A stretch of 64,000 nt of DNA from Tubiluchus corallicola. Taxonomy: Eukaryota > Animalia > Priapulida. Below, one piece after another: positions 1 to 12,771 of the stretch (its first letter is position 1; the number at the start of each line of letters is the position of its first letter). The notes under the pieces were generated by a model that did not search any database, was not told the origin of the DNA, and saw only the letters and a list, made by a program, of their open reading frames with translations. The stretch is taken from assembly GCA_030141605.1 (NCBI GenBank), contig JAQGDQ010000261.1, forward strand, positions 253,411-317,410. Direction: 5' to 3'. Position numbers and translations under genes: made by a program.

Positions 1-160
1 AAGACTTCGTGACGTAACTGGAAGACTTCGTGACGTAACTGGAAGACTTCGTGACGTAACTGGAAGACTTCGTGATGTAACTGGAAGACTTCGTGGCGTA
101 ACTGGAAGACTTCGTGACGTAACTGGAAGACTTCGTGACGTAACTGGAAGACTCCGTGAC
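1..160. repeat. 21-bp minisatellite (runs off the window start)
   Basis: AAGACTTCGTGACGTAACTGG, about 7.5 copies. Confidence 0.93.
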
Positions 161-535
161 TTTTCGTAAGCGCATCGTGGCTTTCAGTAAGTGCGCGCAG
201 CTTGAACTAATTCAAACGTCTCCAGTTTACTTAATGTTTACGTAAAAGTGTTATAAAATTGACTATCTGCAAAAATTGACTTTTGAAAAAAACTTGTTGA
301 AGAAGATTGACAGTGCGCTACTTTTCTTCACGAATGACGTCACTGGAAGAAGAATGTGCATTGAAAATGGGAGCATCCAAGCATGAAATGATCGCTGCTT
401 CAAATTGATTTTACTAATTACACTAGGCGCTTATTGCAGTTTTATTAGTAAATCCTTCTAACATTTTTCGCGAACATTGAAATAAGCCTAACCTCCCAGA
501 AGGCTTGGCCGGCCTTTTCTTTAACAAGTATAAAA
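150..535 (+). mobile_element. Dispersed repeat with an inverted, internally deleted relative at about 38570-38740
   Basis: 150-215 and 451-535 align to the reverse complement of 38670-38737 and 38570-38645. Confidence 0.65.
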
Positions 536-751
536 AACTTTATGCAAATAGCAGAAATCTATGATATGTTTAAAGGACACCAGTACACAATTATGGGTGA
601 TGCCTTGGATAGACTAATCAGATTTCTTAAGGACAGATATTGCATTAAGAATGATTAGTCTAATTTTTTTAGTTTTTCAATGTTGATGTTTGGAACCATT
701 TTTATCTAGACGGGCAGGATATCAGGATAGCTTGTGGAATCAAGCATTAGC

Positions 752-2582
752 TGGTTTAGTACAGTAACTAACCAACACACCCCATGGCATGCTTGAATGG
801 TCTAGTACAGTAAACAACACACCCCATGGCATGCTTGAATGGTCTAGTACAGTAAACAACACACCCCATGGCATGCTTGAATGGTCTAGTACAGTAAACA
901 ACACACCCCATGGCATGCTTGAATGGTCTAGTACAGTAACACCAACACACCCCATGGCATGCTTGAATGGTCTAGTACAGTAACCAACACACACAATGGC
1001 ATGCTTGAATGGTCCAGTACAGTAACCAACACACCCCATGGCATGCTTGAATGGTCTAGTACAGTAAACAACACACCCCATGGCATGCTTGAATGGTCTA
1101 GTACAGTAAACAACACACCCCGCGCTGAATGTCTAGTACAGTAAACAACCACCCCATGGCATGCTTGAATGGTCTAGTACAGTAACACCAACACACCCAG
1201 GCATGCGAAGTTATACAGTAACAACACAATGGCATGCTTGAATGGTCCAGTACAGTAACCAACACACCCCATGGCATGCTTGAATGGTCTAGTACAGTAA
1301 ACAACACACCCCATGGCATGCTTGAATGGTCTAGTACAGTAAACAACACGCCCCATGGCATGCTTGAATGGTCTAGTAACCAGCCCATGGCATGCTTGAA
1401 TGGTCCAGTACAGTAACCAACACGCCCATGGCATGCTTGAATGGTCCAGTACAGTAAACAACACCCCATGGCATGCTTGAATGGCCCAGTACAGTAAACA
1501 ACACACCCCATGGCATGCTTGAATGGCCTAGTACAGTAACCAACACACCCCCATGGCATGCTTGAATGGTCCAGTACAGTAACCAACACACCCCATGGCA
1601 GGCTTGAATGGTCCAGTACAGTAACCAACACACCCCATGGCATGCTTGAATGGTCTAGTACAGCAAACAACACACCCCCATGGCATGCTTGAATGGTCTA
1701 GTACAGTAACCAACACGCCCCATGGCATGCTTGAATGGTCCAGTACAGTAACCAACACGCCCCATGGCATGCTTGAATGGTCCAGTACAGTAACCAACAC
1801 ACCCCATGGCATGCTTGAATGGTCCAGTACAGTAACCAACACACCCCATGGCATGCTTGAATGGTCTAGTACAGTAACCAACACGCCCCATGGCATGCTT
1901 GAATGGTCTAGTACAGTAAACAACACACCCCATGGCATGCTTGAATGGTCTAGTACAGTAAACAACACACCCCATGGCATGCTTGAATGGTCTAGTACAG
2001 TAACCAACACGCCCCATGGCATGCTTGAATGGTCCAGTACAGTAACCAACACGCCCCATGGCATGCTTGAATGGTCTAGTACAGTAAACAACACACCCCC
2101 ATGGCATGCTTGAATGGCCCAGTACAGTAAACAACACACCCCATGGCATGCTTGAATGGCCTAGTACAGTAACCAACACACCCCCATGGCATGCTTGAAT
2201 GGTCCAGTACAGTAACCAACACACCCCATGGCAGGCTTGAATGGTCCAGTACAGTAACCAACACACCCCATGGCATGCTTGAATGGTCTAGTACAGTAAC
2301 ACCAACACACCCCATGGCATGCTTGAATGGTCTAGTACAGTAACCAACACACCCCATGGCATGCTTGAATGGTCTAGTACAGTAACCAACACACCCCATG
2401 GCATGCTTGAATGGTCTAGTACAGTAACCAACACACCCCATGGCATGCTTGAATGGTCTAGTACAGTAACCAACACACCCCATGGCATGCTTGAATGGTC
2501 TAGTACAGTAACCAACACACCCCATGGCATGCTTGAATGGTCTAGTACAGTAACCAACACACCCCATGGCATGCTTGAATGG
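752..2582. repeat. 42-bp minisatellite (about 43 units)
   Basis: CTAGTACAGTAACCAACACACCCCATGGCATGCTTGAATGGT; explains the 14-aa-periodic ORFs. Confidence 0.96.
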
Positions 2583-3084
2583 CAGTCTGCTAGGAATCCA
2601 GCACAGCAATCTAACCTTGTAATACTTGAGCAGGCTGCATAAATCTATAAGTAATGAGACCACTGCTCTCAGATTAAACATTGTGAACAAGAGAGAGAGA
2701 TATAGTTATATATACACAGTCGACTGGCTGCTATGCTCAGCTGATTGTATCCGAGGACACAGTTAAGGAGTGAGATAGGTTGTTCGAAGGTTAAACTCTT
2801 TATGAGAAATCTGCTCGTCAGACTTTTCTGTTCAACGGTCACGTTTCGAAAAATTGATAAACTATTTAATGAAATTTCAATTCCCTGGCGTATACACCAC
2901 TACCCGATCTAGAAATAGCAGGCTGAGGTATAGCACAACATCGGTACATTGGCATAAATGCTAATTCTGGCTTTCATATGACTTATATATCTTCGAATAA
3001 TCACAGAATAGAAACAGAGGTATTGTACTGACTATGACTGAGACTTCTGCTTCAAAAATTCCTATTTTAGCAGAAGAAGCAGCG

Positions 3085-4558
3085 AATAAGATGCACAAGA
3101 ATATGCACCCTCTTCTCCACTTCTTGCAAGGTGAAGTTTGAGGAACTTTGTTACTTAAGTGAAGTTATTCATGTACTTAAGTCAGGTTACTCATGAATAT
3201 GTACAGAATAAGATGCACAATAATATGCACCCTCTTCTCCACTTCTCGCGAGGTGAAGTTTGCTGAAGTTTGTTACTTAAGTCAGGTTATTCATGAATAT
3301 GCAGGGAACAAGATGCACAAGAATATGCATTCTCTTCTCCACTTCTTGCAAGGTGAAGTTTGAGGAACTTTGTTACTTAAGTCAAGTTATTCATGTACTT
3401 AAGTCAGGTTATTCATGAATATGTACAGAATAAGATGCACAATAATATGCACCTTCTTCTCCACTTCTTTGTGAGGTGAGGTTCGAGGAACTTTGTTACT
3501 TAAGTGAAGTTATTCATGTACTTAAGTCAGGTTACTCATGAATATGTACAGAATAAGATGCACAATAATATGCACCCTCTTCTCCACTTCTCGCGAGGTG
3601 AAGTTTGCGAATATGCAGGGAACAAGATGCACAAGAATATGCATTCTCTTCTCCGCTTCTTGCAAGGTGAAGTTTGAGGAACTTTGTTACTTAAGTCAGA
3701 ATATTCATGTACTTAAGTCAGGTTATTCATGAATATGCAGGGAACAAGATGCACAAGAATATGCATTCTCTTCTCCGCTTCTTGCAAGGTGAAGTTTGAG
3801 GAACTTTGTTACTTAACAGAAATTCATGTACTTAAGTCAGGTTATTCATGAGTATGCAGGGAACAAGATGCACAAGAATATGCATTCTCTTCTCCGCTTC
3901 TTGCAAGGTGAAGTTTGAGGAACTTTGTTACTTAAGTCAGAATATTCATGTACTTAAGTCAGGTTATTCATGAATATGCAGGGAACAAGATGCACAAGAA
4001 TATGCATTCTCTTCTCCACTTCTTGCAAGGTGAAGTTTGAGGAACTTTGTTACTTAAGTCAGAATATTCATGTACTTAAGTCAGGTTATTCATGAGTATG
4101 CAGGGAACAAGATGCACAAGAATATGCATTCTCTTCTCCGCTTCTTGCAAGGTGAAGTTTGAGGAACTTTGTTACTTAAGTCAGAATATTCATGTACTTA
4201 AGTCAGGTTATTCATGAATATGCAGGGAACAAGATGCACAAGAATATGCATTCTCTTCTCCGCTTCTTGTGAGGTGAAGTTTGAGGAACTTTGTTACTTA
4301 AGTCAGAATATTCATGTACTTAAGTCAGGTTATTCATGAATATGCAGGGAACAAGATGCACAAGAATATGCATTCTCTTCTCCACTTCTTGCAAGGTGAA
4401 GTTTGAGGAACTTTGTTACTTAAGTCAGAATATTCATGTACTTAAGTCAGGTTATTCATGAGTATGCAGGGAACAAGATGAACAAGAATATGCACCTTCT
4501 CCACTTCTTGTGAGGTGAGGTTTGAGGAACTTTGTTACTTAAGTCAAGTTATTTATGT
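3085..4558. repeat. About 121-bp tandem repeat (about 12 units)
   Basis: GGAACAAGATGCACAAGAATATGCATTCTC...GTACTTAAGTCAGGTTATTCATGAATATGCAG, with an internal TACTTAAGTCA subrepeat. Confidence 0.93.
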
Positions 4559-4826
4559 AACCGAGTAAACTTTTTGATACTAATCGTGCAGTTGTAAAGA
4601 TGCCGTACGTGGAACATAAGCATGTATTTTATTTCACTTCCATACACTGTTGTGTCCAATGTGTAACTTCTACAATATGTATGACTTTATGTGTAAAAAT
4701 TTATTTATGCATTATAGATACACAAATGTGTAAAAGCTGACCAAGAAAAACTTACTTGTGTCTTGGTTATCCAACAAAACGAGTTTACTCAACTCTTGGT
4801 CATATGACATGTACAGCTACGACTTA

Positions 4827-5001
4827 TGCAATTCGATTTTAGTTTGATGACAAAAGCCAGTAGCATGTCATGCAATTCGATTTTAGTTTGATGACAAAAG
4901 CCAGTAGCATGTCATGCAAATCGAGTTGAGTTTGACGACAAAAGTCAGTAGCATGTCATGCAATTCGAGTTGAGTTTGACGACAAAAGTCAGTAGCATGT
5001 C
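4827..5001. repeat. 44-bp tandem repeat (4 units) ending just upstream of the 5036 acceptor
   Basis: ATGCAATTCGA(T/G)TT(T/G)AGTTTGA(T/C)GACAAAAG(C/T)CAGTAGCATGTC. Confidence 0.88.
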
Positions 5002-5036
5002 GCACACTAATTCAGTTTTTTTACATTTTTTTGTAG

Positions 5037-5308
5037 ATGTAGAAGAGCTGTCATACATCATGTGCAGCCATGACTCAGGTAGCTTGGAGAAAAATTGTAC
5101 CCTGCCGTACGACAACACGACTTCTACAAGCAACGGACTGCTAGACAACAGCAGCAAACCTCTACAGAGGTTACTCATTGTATTGCCAATAATCTTTGTG
5201 ATAATTCTGTATCTAGTAGGATTCTGTAGTCTGAGACATCGAAGGAGTAGGGTACCCCACGAGGAAGGAGAAACGACGCAAGCTCACAATGAAATAAGCA
5301 GTAAGTGA
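5037..5308 (+). CDS. Probable terminal exon of an unidentified single-pass membrane protein
   Basis: Branch-like cactaat, polypyrimidine tract and ttgtag| acceptor at 5036. Open frame with N-glycosylation sequons (NCT, NTT, NSS), hydrophobic segment LLIVLPIIFVIILYLVGFC, basic stop-transfer RHRRSR and TGA stop. AATAAA at 5356. Upstream exons not identified. Confidence 0.6.
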
Positions 5309-5454
5309 CGTCACTTTAAAACTACCTCATTAAAACAACAGCTAGCAAACATGGAAATAAAACAGAACTTCATTATTTACCTTCAAACTATGAACATTGC
5401 ATGAATCATGCCTGTAGGTAAAGCAAGTTTAGACATGTAAGTTCATGTGTTGTT

Positions 5455-6730
5455 GCAATATTCTCTTGCCGCAGTTAGCAATGCAATATGCTCTTGCAGC
5501 ATTTGACAATGCAATATTCTCTTGTGGCAGTTAGCAATGCAATATTCTCATGGCGCATTTAGCAATGCAATACTCTCTTGCAGCATTTAGCAATGCAATA
5601 TTCTCTTGCAGCAGTTAGCAATGCAATATTCTCTTGCAGCAGTTAGCAAAGCAATACTCTCTTGCAGCAGTTAGCAATGCAATATTCTCTTGTGGCAGTT
5701 AGCAATGCAATATTCTCTTGCAGCATTTAGCAATGCAATATTCTCTTGTGGCAGTTAGCAATGCAATATTCTGTTGTGGCAGTTAGCAATGCAATATTCT
5801 CTTGCAGCATTTAGCAATGCAATATTCTCTTGTGGCAGTTAGCAATGCAATATTCTCTTGCAGCAGTTAGCAAAGCAATATTCTCTTGCAGCAGTTAGCA
5901 ATGCAATATTCTCTTGCAGCAGTTAGCAAAGCAATACTCTCTTGCAGCAGTTAGCAAAGCAATACTCTCTTGCAGCAGTTAGCAATGCAATATTCTCTTG
6001 CAGCAGTTAGCAATGCAATATTCTCTTGCAGCAGTTAGCAATGCAATATTCTCTTGCAGCAGTTAGCAATGCAATATTCTCTTGCAGCAGTTAGCAATGC
6101 AATATTCTCTTGCAGCAGTTAGCAATGCAATATTCTCTTGCAGCAGTTAGCAATGCAATATTCTCTTGCAGCAGTTAGCAATGCAATATTCTCTTGCTGC
6201 ATTTAGCAATGCAATATTCGCTTGCTGCATTTAGCAAAGCAATATTCTCTTGCAGCATTTAGCAAAGCAATATTCTCTTGCAGCATTTAGCAATGCAATA
6301 TTCTCTTGCTGCATTTAGCAATGCAATATTCTCTTGTGGCAGTTAGCAATGCAATATTCTCATGGCGCATTTAGCAATGCAATACTCTCTTGCAGCATTT
6401 AGCAATGCAATATTCTCTTGCAGCAGTTAGCAATGCAATAATCTCTTGTGGCAGTTAGCAATGCAATATTCTCTTGCAGCATTTAGCAATGCAATAATCT
6501 CTTGTGGCAGTTAGCAATGCAATATTCTCTTGTGGCAGTTAGCAATGCAATAATCTCTTGTGGCAGTTAGCAATGCAATATTCTCTTGCAGCAGTTAGCA
6601 ATGCAATAATCTCTTGTGGCAGTTAGCAATGCAATATTCTCTTGTGGCAGTTAGCAATGCAATATTCTCTTGCAGCATTTAGCAATGCAGTATTCTCTTG
6701 TGGCAGTTAGCAATGCAATATTCTCTTGCA
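5455..6730. repeat. 28-bp minisatellite (about 45 units)
   Basis: GCAATATTCTCTTGCAGCAGTTAGCAAT. Confidence 0.96.
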
Positions 6731-7679
6731 AGTAGCCTAATCATAACAGCAAAGATTTTCCAACCTTGGTCATTATAGGTCATTCTTGAACAGAAACAGT
6801 TTAACTGAATGATATTTACCAGCAGCACAGAAAACTCCCAAAATTGAAGAGGAAAGTAAAAAAAACTGTGTTGATGCACTAGGATCGGACAGATGAAATT
6901 GCCTATGTCAAAAACTTGAGCTTTCTGTAACTTGTTTATGTCAGGTATTTGAGCTTGCAAACAGCATCAATATAGCCACTTTGAAACTACCTATTATTAC
7001 TACGTTAGCAGGCGTTAAGAACTGCTTCATAAATTATGAAGCAGTTCTTAATTATGAGTCTGTGCATTATCTGATAACTAATGTACAGAGAAAGGACCAT
7101 TTTTTGGTAAGTTACTTTGGATAGGTTTTTAATGCCATTTTAACGTATAGTTAATTATAATGTGCATCCCTACATTGAGAAGAAATATACAGAAATCTGT
7201 AATCTCTATTTCAGTTTTCACGCGTGATCCAGAGAGCATGTAAGAGCAATATAATGAGGAGGATGATGAGAAATAATAGCATCAAGTGCTATTCCCACTC
7301 GCATGCGGACAGGATAGACACCTGCAGCATCATCATTATCATCAATAACCGGTCGCTATGACAGAACTTCACGGCAGGTGTGAAATGAAAGTGAAGCAAT
7401 TAATGTCGTGCTGTTCGCTGAGCATCCCAAAGCTACTCGAAGAAACGGTATTACGGAAATTGTCCTGACATCAGCCAACATCGGCAACGACTTAAGAACG
7501 TAGAAACGAATGGCAAAGAGGTGGAATAGAATAACGCAGAAAATCCTTGCCTTTATCGAGCTTCAGACAAGATGAATGTTTACAAAAACTCTCGGAAACA
7601 TTACCTCAACTTGCTCCAGTAAAACAGTGTTCAATTACCAAATCGGAATTAATCAATCAATCGAGGTAGAACACGTGCA

Positions 7680-8765
7680 ATGGTTGTAAAGTATGCAACG
7701 AAACGAGGAGGTTGTCTGTATCCAACTTCATCAGTTCCATTGCTATTGTGTAAGCTAATGGAAAAAGCAAATGTTCGGGTGGTTGTAAAGTATGCAACGA
7801 AACGAGGAGGATGTCTGTATCCAACTTCATCAGTTCCACTGCTATTGTGTAAGCTAATGAAAAAAGCAAATGTTCGGGTGGTTGTAAAGTATGCAACGAA
7901 ACGAGGAGGGTGTCTGTATCCAACTTCATCAGTTCCATTGCTATTGTGTAAGCTAATGAAAAAAGCAAATGTTCGGGTGGTTGTAAAGTATGCAACGAAA
8001 CGAGGAGGGTGTCTGTATCCAACTTCATCAGCTCCATTGCTGTTGTGTAAGCTAATGAAAAAAGCAAATGTTCGGGTGGTTGTAAAGTATGCAACGAAAG
8101 GAGGAGGGTGTCTGTATCCAACTTCATCAGCTCCATTGCTATTGTGTAAGCTAATGAAAAAAGCAAATGTTCGGGTGGTTGTAAAGTATGCAACGAAACG
8201 AGGAGGGTGTCTGTATCCAACTTCATCAGCTCCATTGCTATTGTGTAAGCTAATGAAAAAAGCAAATGCTCGGGTGGTTGTAAAGTATGCAACGAAACGA
8301 GGAGGATGTCTGTATCCAACTTCATCAGCTCCATTGCTATTGTGTAAGCTAATGAAAAAAGCAAATGTTCGGGTGGTTGTAAAGTATGCAACGAAACGAG
8401 GAGGGTGTCTGTATCCAACTTCATCAGCTCCATTGCTATTGTGTAAGCTAATGAAATAAGCAAATGTTCGGGTGGTTGTAAAGTATGCAACGAAACGAGT
8501 AGGATGTCTGTATCCAACTTCATCAGCTCCATTGCTATTGTGTAAGCTAATGAAAAAAGCAAATGTTCGGGTGGTTGTAAAGTATGCAACGAAACGAGGA
8601 GGGTGTCTGTATCCAACTTCATCAGCTCCATTGCTATTGTGTAAGCTAATGAAAACAGCAAATGTTCGGGTGGTTGTAAAGTATGCAACAAAACGAGGAG
8701 GGTGTCAGTCCAACTTCATCAGCTCCATTGCTATTGTGTAAGCTAATGAAAAAAGCAAATGTTCG
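7680..8765. repeat. 99-bp tandem repeat (about 11 units)
   Basis: GGTTGTAAAGTATGCAACGAAACGAGGAGG...GCAAATGTTCGGGT; yields 33-aa-periodic ORFs on both strands. Confidence 0.95.
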
Positions 8766-9632
8766 AATGGCAGAGTTGCGTTCAAACAGATGAGGATGCT
8801 GAGAAATGTGTCAGAGTAAAAACATCTCTGTAGTTTTTCCATCAAAAGCATTTTCCTCTGATGCCTGGGCCATAATGAAAATTAAAGAGTTAACACGACT
8901 CATCATGGCGAATACGCACAATTCCATAGGGGTTAATTACGATCACAATGAGGCTGGATAATTACGTATGGGTCGTGACAACATGGCGATGTTCACATTC
9001 GAGGCGTTTTCTTTACCTCTAGATAAACTTTGTGCTTTTTTAATCATTGATGGTTCCTTTAACAGTGCACTTGTAAATACGGTTTACGTTACTTGCACAC
9101 GTGAGTAAGTTTCTCCCGTCAACTGAAATGATGTATGGGATAATTGCTGCTTACCGCTGGGATTTAACATCACAGTGTTACGTGTGTGAAAAATGTGGCT
9201 TCATCGGCCAACGTGAAATTTCACTTCGTTGGTCAACTGCAGACTAAGAGCAGAAAGTTAGCAAGCAATAACTTGATTCGCTGAGGTACGAAAAAATCTT
9301 CAACTAGCGTATTTAACTATTAAAACGACTGTTGCTAAGGACGCTTCAATTAAGGTTAAGTGCCGCGTGTGCCGTTCCGTAAAGAAGCGAATGTTTTCCG
9401 CTCGTGTGAAACCTCTTAGCCAAATGAGAAGACGGAGAGTCCTGGAGAGAGGCAGTCTATAAAAGAACACTTCCTTCGATAACTACTTACCAAACTCTCA
9501 TCGTAAAAGTGTTCAGAAACACTTCCACAACCTTTAATGCACTTTTATGGATCCGTCTCTTATTTTGAGGACTTGCCTTTTTTAAAAGCAAAGAGTTACA
9601 CTACTATGGAGTCTTACAATGATGAAATGCAA

Positions 9633-10010
9633 TAAGTCTTTTCACAGTTCCAGCGATTGATGATGATCGTGAAAAGGTCAAAGGTTAAGTGTACCAGACA
9701 ACACATTTGTGTACGCTCGACAACGCCTCGCAGCCGATGCTATTGTAATAGTAACAGTTTTACCAGCTAGGTAGAACCTTACCTAGTTCATTTTTTCTTG
9801 TTCCTAAGCAAGATCCTGCAAGTAAATCACTCAACGCACAGGCTAATGCATACTTAAGTGAAGTGTATGTAAAACAACTGAACTGATGCGGCAGACCACG
9901 TTGCTTTACCCACACGTCACTTGACGGTTGTAGTTAAGACGCATTGCTGTGAGACACTTAACCTTTGACCTACAGCAACTACATGTAAGCATAACGAAAG
10001 TATGAAAAGA
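9633..10010 (+). mobile_element. Non-autonomous DNA transposon (MITE family A), right end degraded
   Basis: Starts TAAGTCTTTTCACAGTTCCAG and is colinear with 58082-58589. Confidence 0.75.
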
Positions 10011-10693
10011 GGAAGAGCTATTCTGAAAATGAAAGCAAAACTTGGCACTCCAAAACAAAGCAAAGTGTTTAATTGTTCTTCTTTTTGCCAAAAATCCAAG
10101 GAATTATTATAGTATGTATCAATTTTCAAGTACAGAATTCTATCACCGAGGAATAACTCGGTTGAAATTAAGATAATAATTAGACAAATTTTCTAAACAA
10201 CTAACAAACTGTGTTGATTATGCAAAAATTACTTAATTCACAGCATATTTACATTATGCAAGTACAGCAGTATCACCATTATTATAATGTTACTAATTCT
10301 TATTATGCTTGCTTCTTGAAAGGTAATAGTGAAGCAGTCCTAAACCTGTTTAAAACACTGTACAATTATCTTATGAACCCGCACTTCAAAAATGTGGAGT
10401 TGACTCTGTTTATTATTATTTGTGTGCTTGAAAGTAAATTAATCATTACAGGAATTAATTCTTAGCAATTTTCATTCTAAGATAGTAAACTGAAGCTGTT
10501 TATTAAACATTGTCTATTAATTGCCCTTTTGGTTTAAAATCATTTTGATGCAATAATATATGCAGTTTTTGATTTAAACTGTCATAAAGCTATATCAATT
10601 TTTCTTATATAATTTTGTAATAATATAATAGCTATATCAATTTATTGTTATAATGTGTTGTAAATTTTTTGACATTTCATAACCTACAGCATT

Positions 10694-11276
10694 GCATTGT
10701 GCTGAACCCTATTAAACAACAGAGAACACTGTAAACAAAGCTGCTTTCCTAAAACCAAAATGTGCATTGTTCACCACTGCATTGTACTGAATCCGATTAA
10801 ACAATAGAGAACACTGTAAACAAAGCTGCTTTCCTAAAACCAAAATGTGCATTGTTGACCACTGCATTGTACTGAACCCTATTAAACAACAGAGAACACT
10901 GTAAGCAAAGCTGCTTTCCTAAAACCAAAATGTGCATTGTTGACCACTGCATTGTACTGAACCCTATTAAACAACAGGGAACACTGTAAACAAAGCTGCT
11001 TTCCTAAAACCAAAATGTGCATTGTTGACCACTGCATTGTACTGAATCCGATTAAACAACAGGGAACACTGTAAACAAAGCTGCTTTCCTAAAACCAAAA
11101 TGTGCATTGTTCACCACTGCATTGTACTGAACCCTATTAAACAATAGAGAACACTGTAAACAAAGCTGCTTTCCTAAAAACAAAATGTGCATTGTTTAAC
11201 ATTGCATTGTACTGAACCCTGTTAAACAATAGAGAACACTGTAAACAGTGCTTTCCTAAAAACAAAATGTGCATTT
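10694..11276. repeat. 85-bp tandem repeat (about 7 units)
   Basis: GCATTGTACTGAACCCTATTAAACAACAGAGAACACTGTAAACAAAGCTGC...GACCACT. Confidence 0.93.
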
Positions 11277-11483
11277 GTTCTTGGTAAAAAGTTAATTAGT
11301 TTTCTAATAAACGCAGTTCGTATTCTCTTACACACAACTACTGTTTTTATGCTTTATTCCAACAGGTAATTAATTGCTCTGTTAATTAACTCATGGCAGC
11401 TTTAATAATCTTACGTGACATGGAAGAGATCAATTACTGGAAGGCAATAAATGAAATGTTTATTAAAAGTAAAGAAAAAATGA

Positions 11484-12573
11484 TTAAACAAAACCGGACG
11501 ATTGTGTAGACATTAATTTAAAATAAAGAATGCTCTAAGAAATTGAAAACTACAACAGCTTTTTTTAAAATCAAAGCTTAGATTAAATCATAATTACCTC
11601 GGTAGTTTTTTAAACTTTCAAAGTTACGCGCAGCTCAGTGAATCCATTAAGACTGGCAATGGCGCCTTTTTGTCACATTCGCGTGGCCCACAAATAGCCA
11701 CTGTACCATGATAAGCATGATCATGAACTGAAGTGTTCATTTGTGACGTCAGTATGACGTAGAGCTCATTTTCGTGACGTCACATCTGTGTCTTACAGCA
11801 ATCTTCGCTTACGCAAACATGCAGGGAAGATGCTTACCATTGCAAAAAATGTGGTTAGTTTGTGACGTAAGCGATAGCTGTGTTCGGTTGCCGTTTATTA
11901 ACTTTCCAAAGTAATTATTCAAATATAAGAAACAACAGGTAACTTTTATAGACAAGAAAATATATATTTTGGACAGTAAATTAAAATGAAATTGAGTCTA
12001 ATCAATCGTCCAGTTTTCAGATCTTGCATTCATTCGGTTTTAGTGGACGGGGACAATTAACTTTCTTAAAGTTATTCTTAGACAGGAACAAGAAGCCATT
12101 ATGAGGCCATTATGAAGCCAAGGAACAAGTATGAGACAGCCATATTAACTAAACCTCTTGCCTAAACCAAGTAAGTGTCAGTCAGAGCTGTGAATATGCC
12201 TTTCTAAATTAACACCAGCGATTAATTCCCCCATGCAAATGTACACATCCTATCAACAAGAATGACCAAGCATGGCATCGAACTCCTGTCACAGCATTCC
12301 CTACATCCAGCATGTTACACCACACAGCGGTTGCACATATGAACGTCCATAAACTGGTAAACTGATAGCACGTTGGACAGCTACAGTTAAGCAACAAATG
12401 GGTTAATATTGACTCACATTACAGAGTAAATTACAGACTTCTACCCTCAAAGTATCCTTGCTGTTTAATTGGCTTTAGTGGAGGCTGTATTTAATTTAGC
12501 CAAGATTCCAACAGCCGTTATCATAGTATTACTGCAATTCTGGTGAATTTTTTTGACGGCGTGTGGGTATTGT

Positions 12574-12645
<72 letters not shown>

Positions 12646-12723
12646 TGTGTGTGTGTGCATTTGCACGTGCATGTGTGTGTGTGTGTATGTATGTGTGTGT
12701 GTGTGTGTGTGTGAGTGTATGCA

Positions 12724-12771
<48 letters not shown>

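Noticed and set aside
740-2690. Many overlapping ORFs up to 204 aa
   Set aside because: Translations of the 42-bp repeat in several frames on both strands; frames break at unit indels.
7212-7290. Minus-strand hydrophobic peptide LMLLFLIILLIILLLHALW as a candidate junctophilin tail anchor
   Set aside because: No polypyrimidine acceptor, 32 kb away from the previous exon, and a much better terminal exon exists at 37948-38034.
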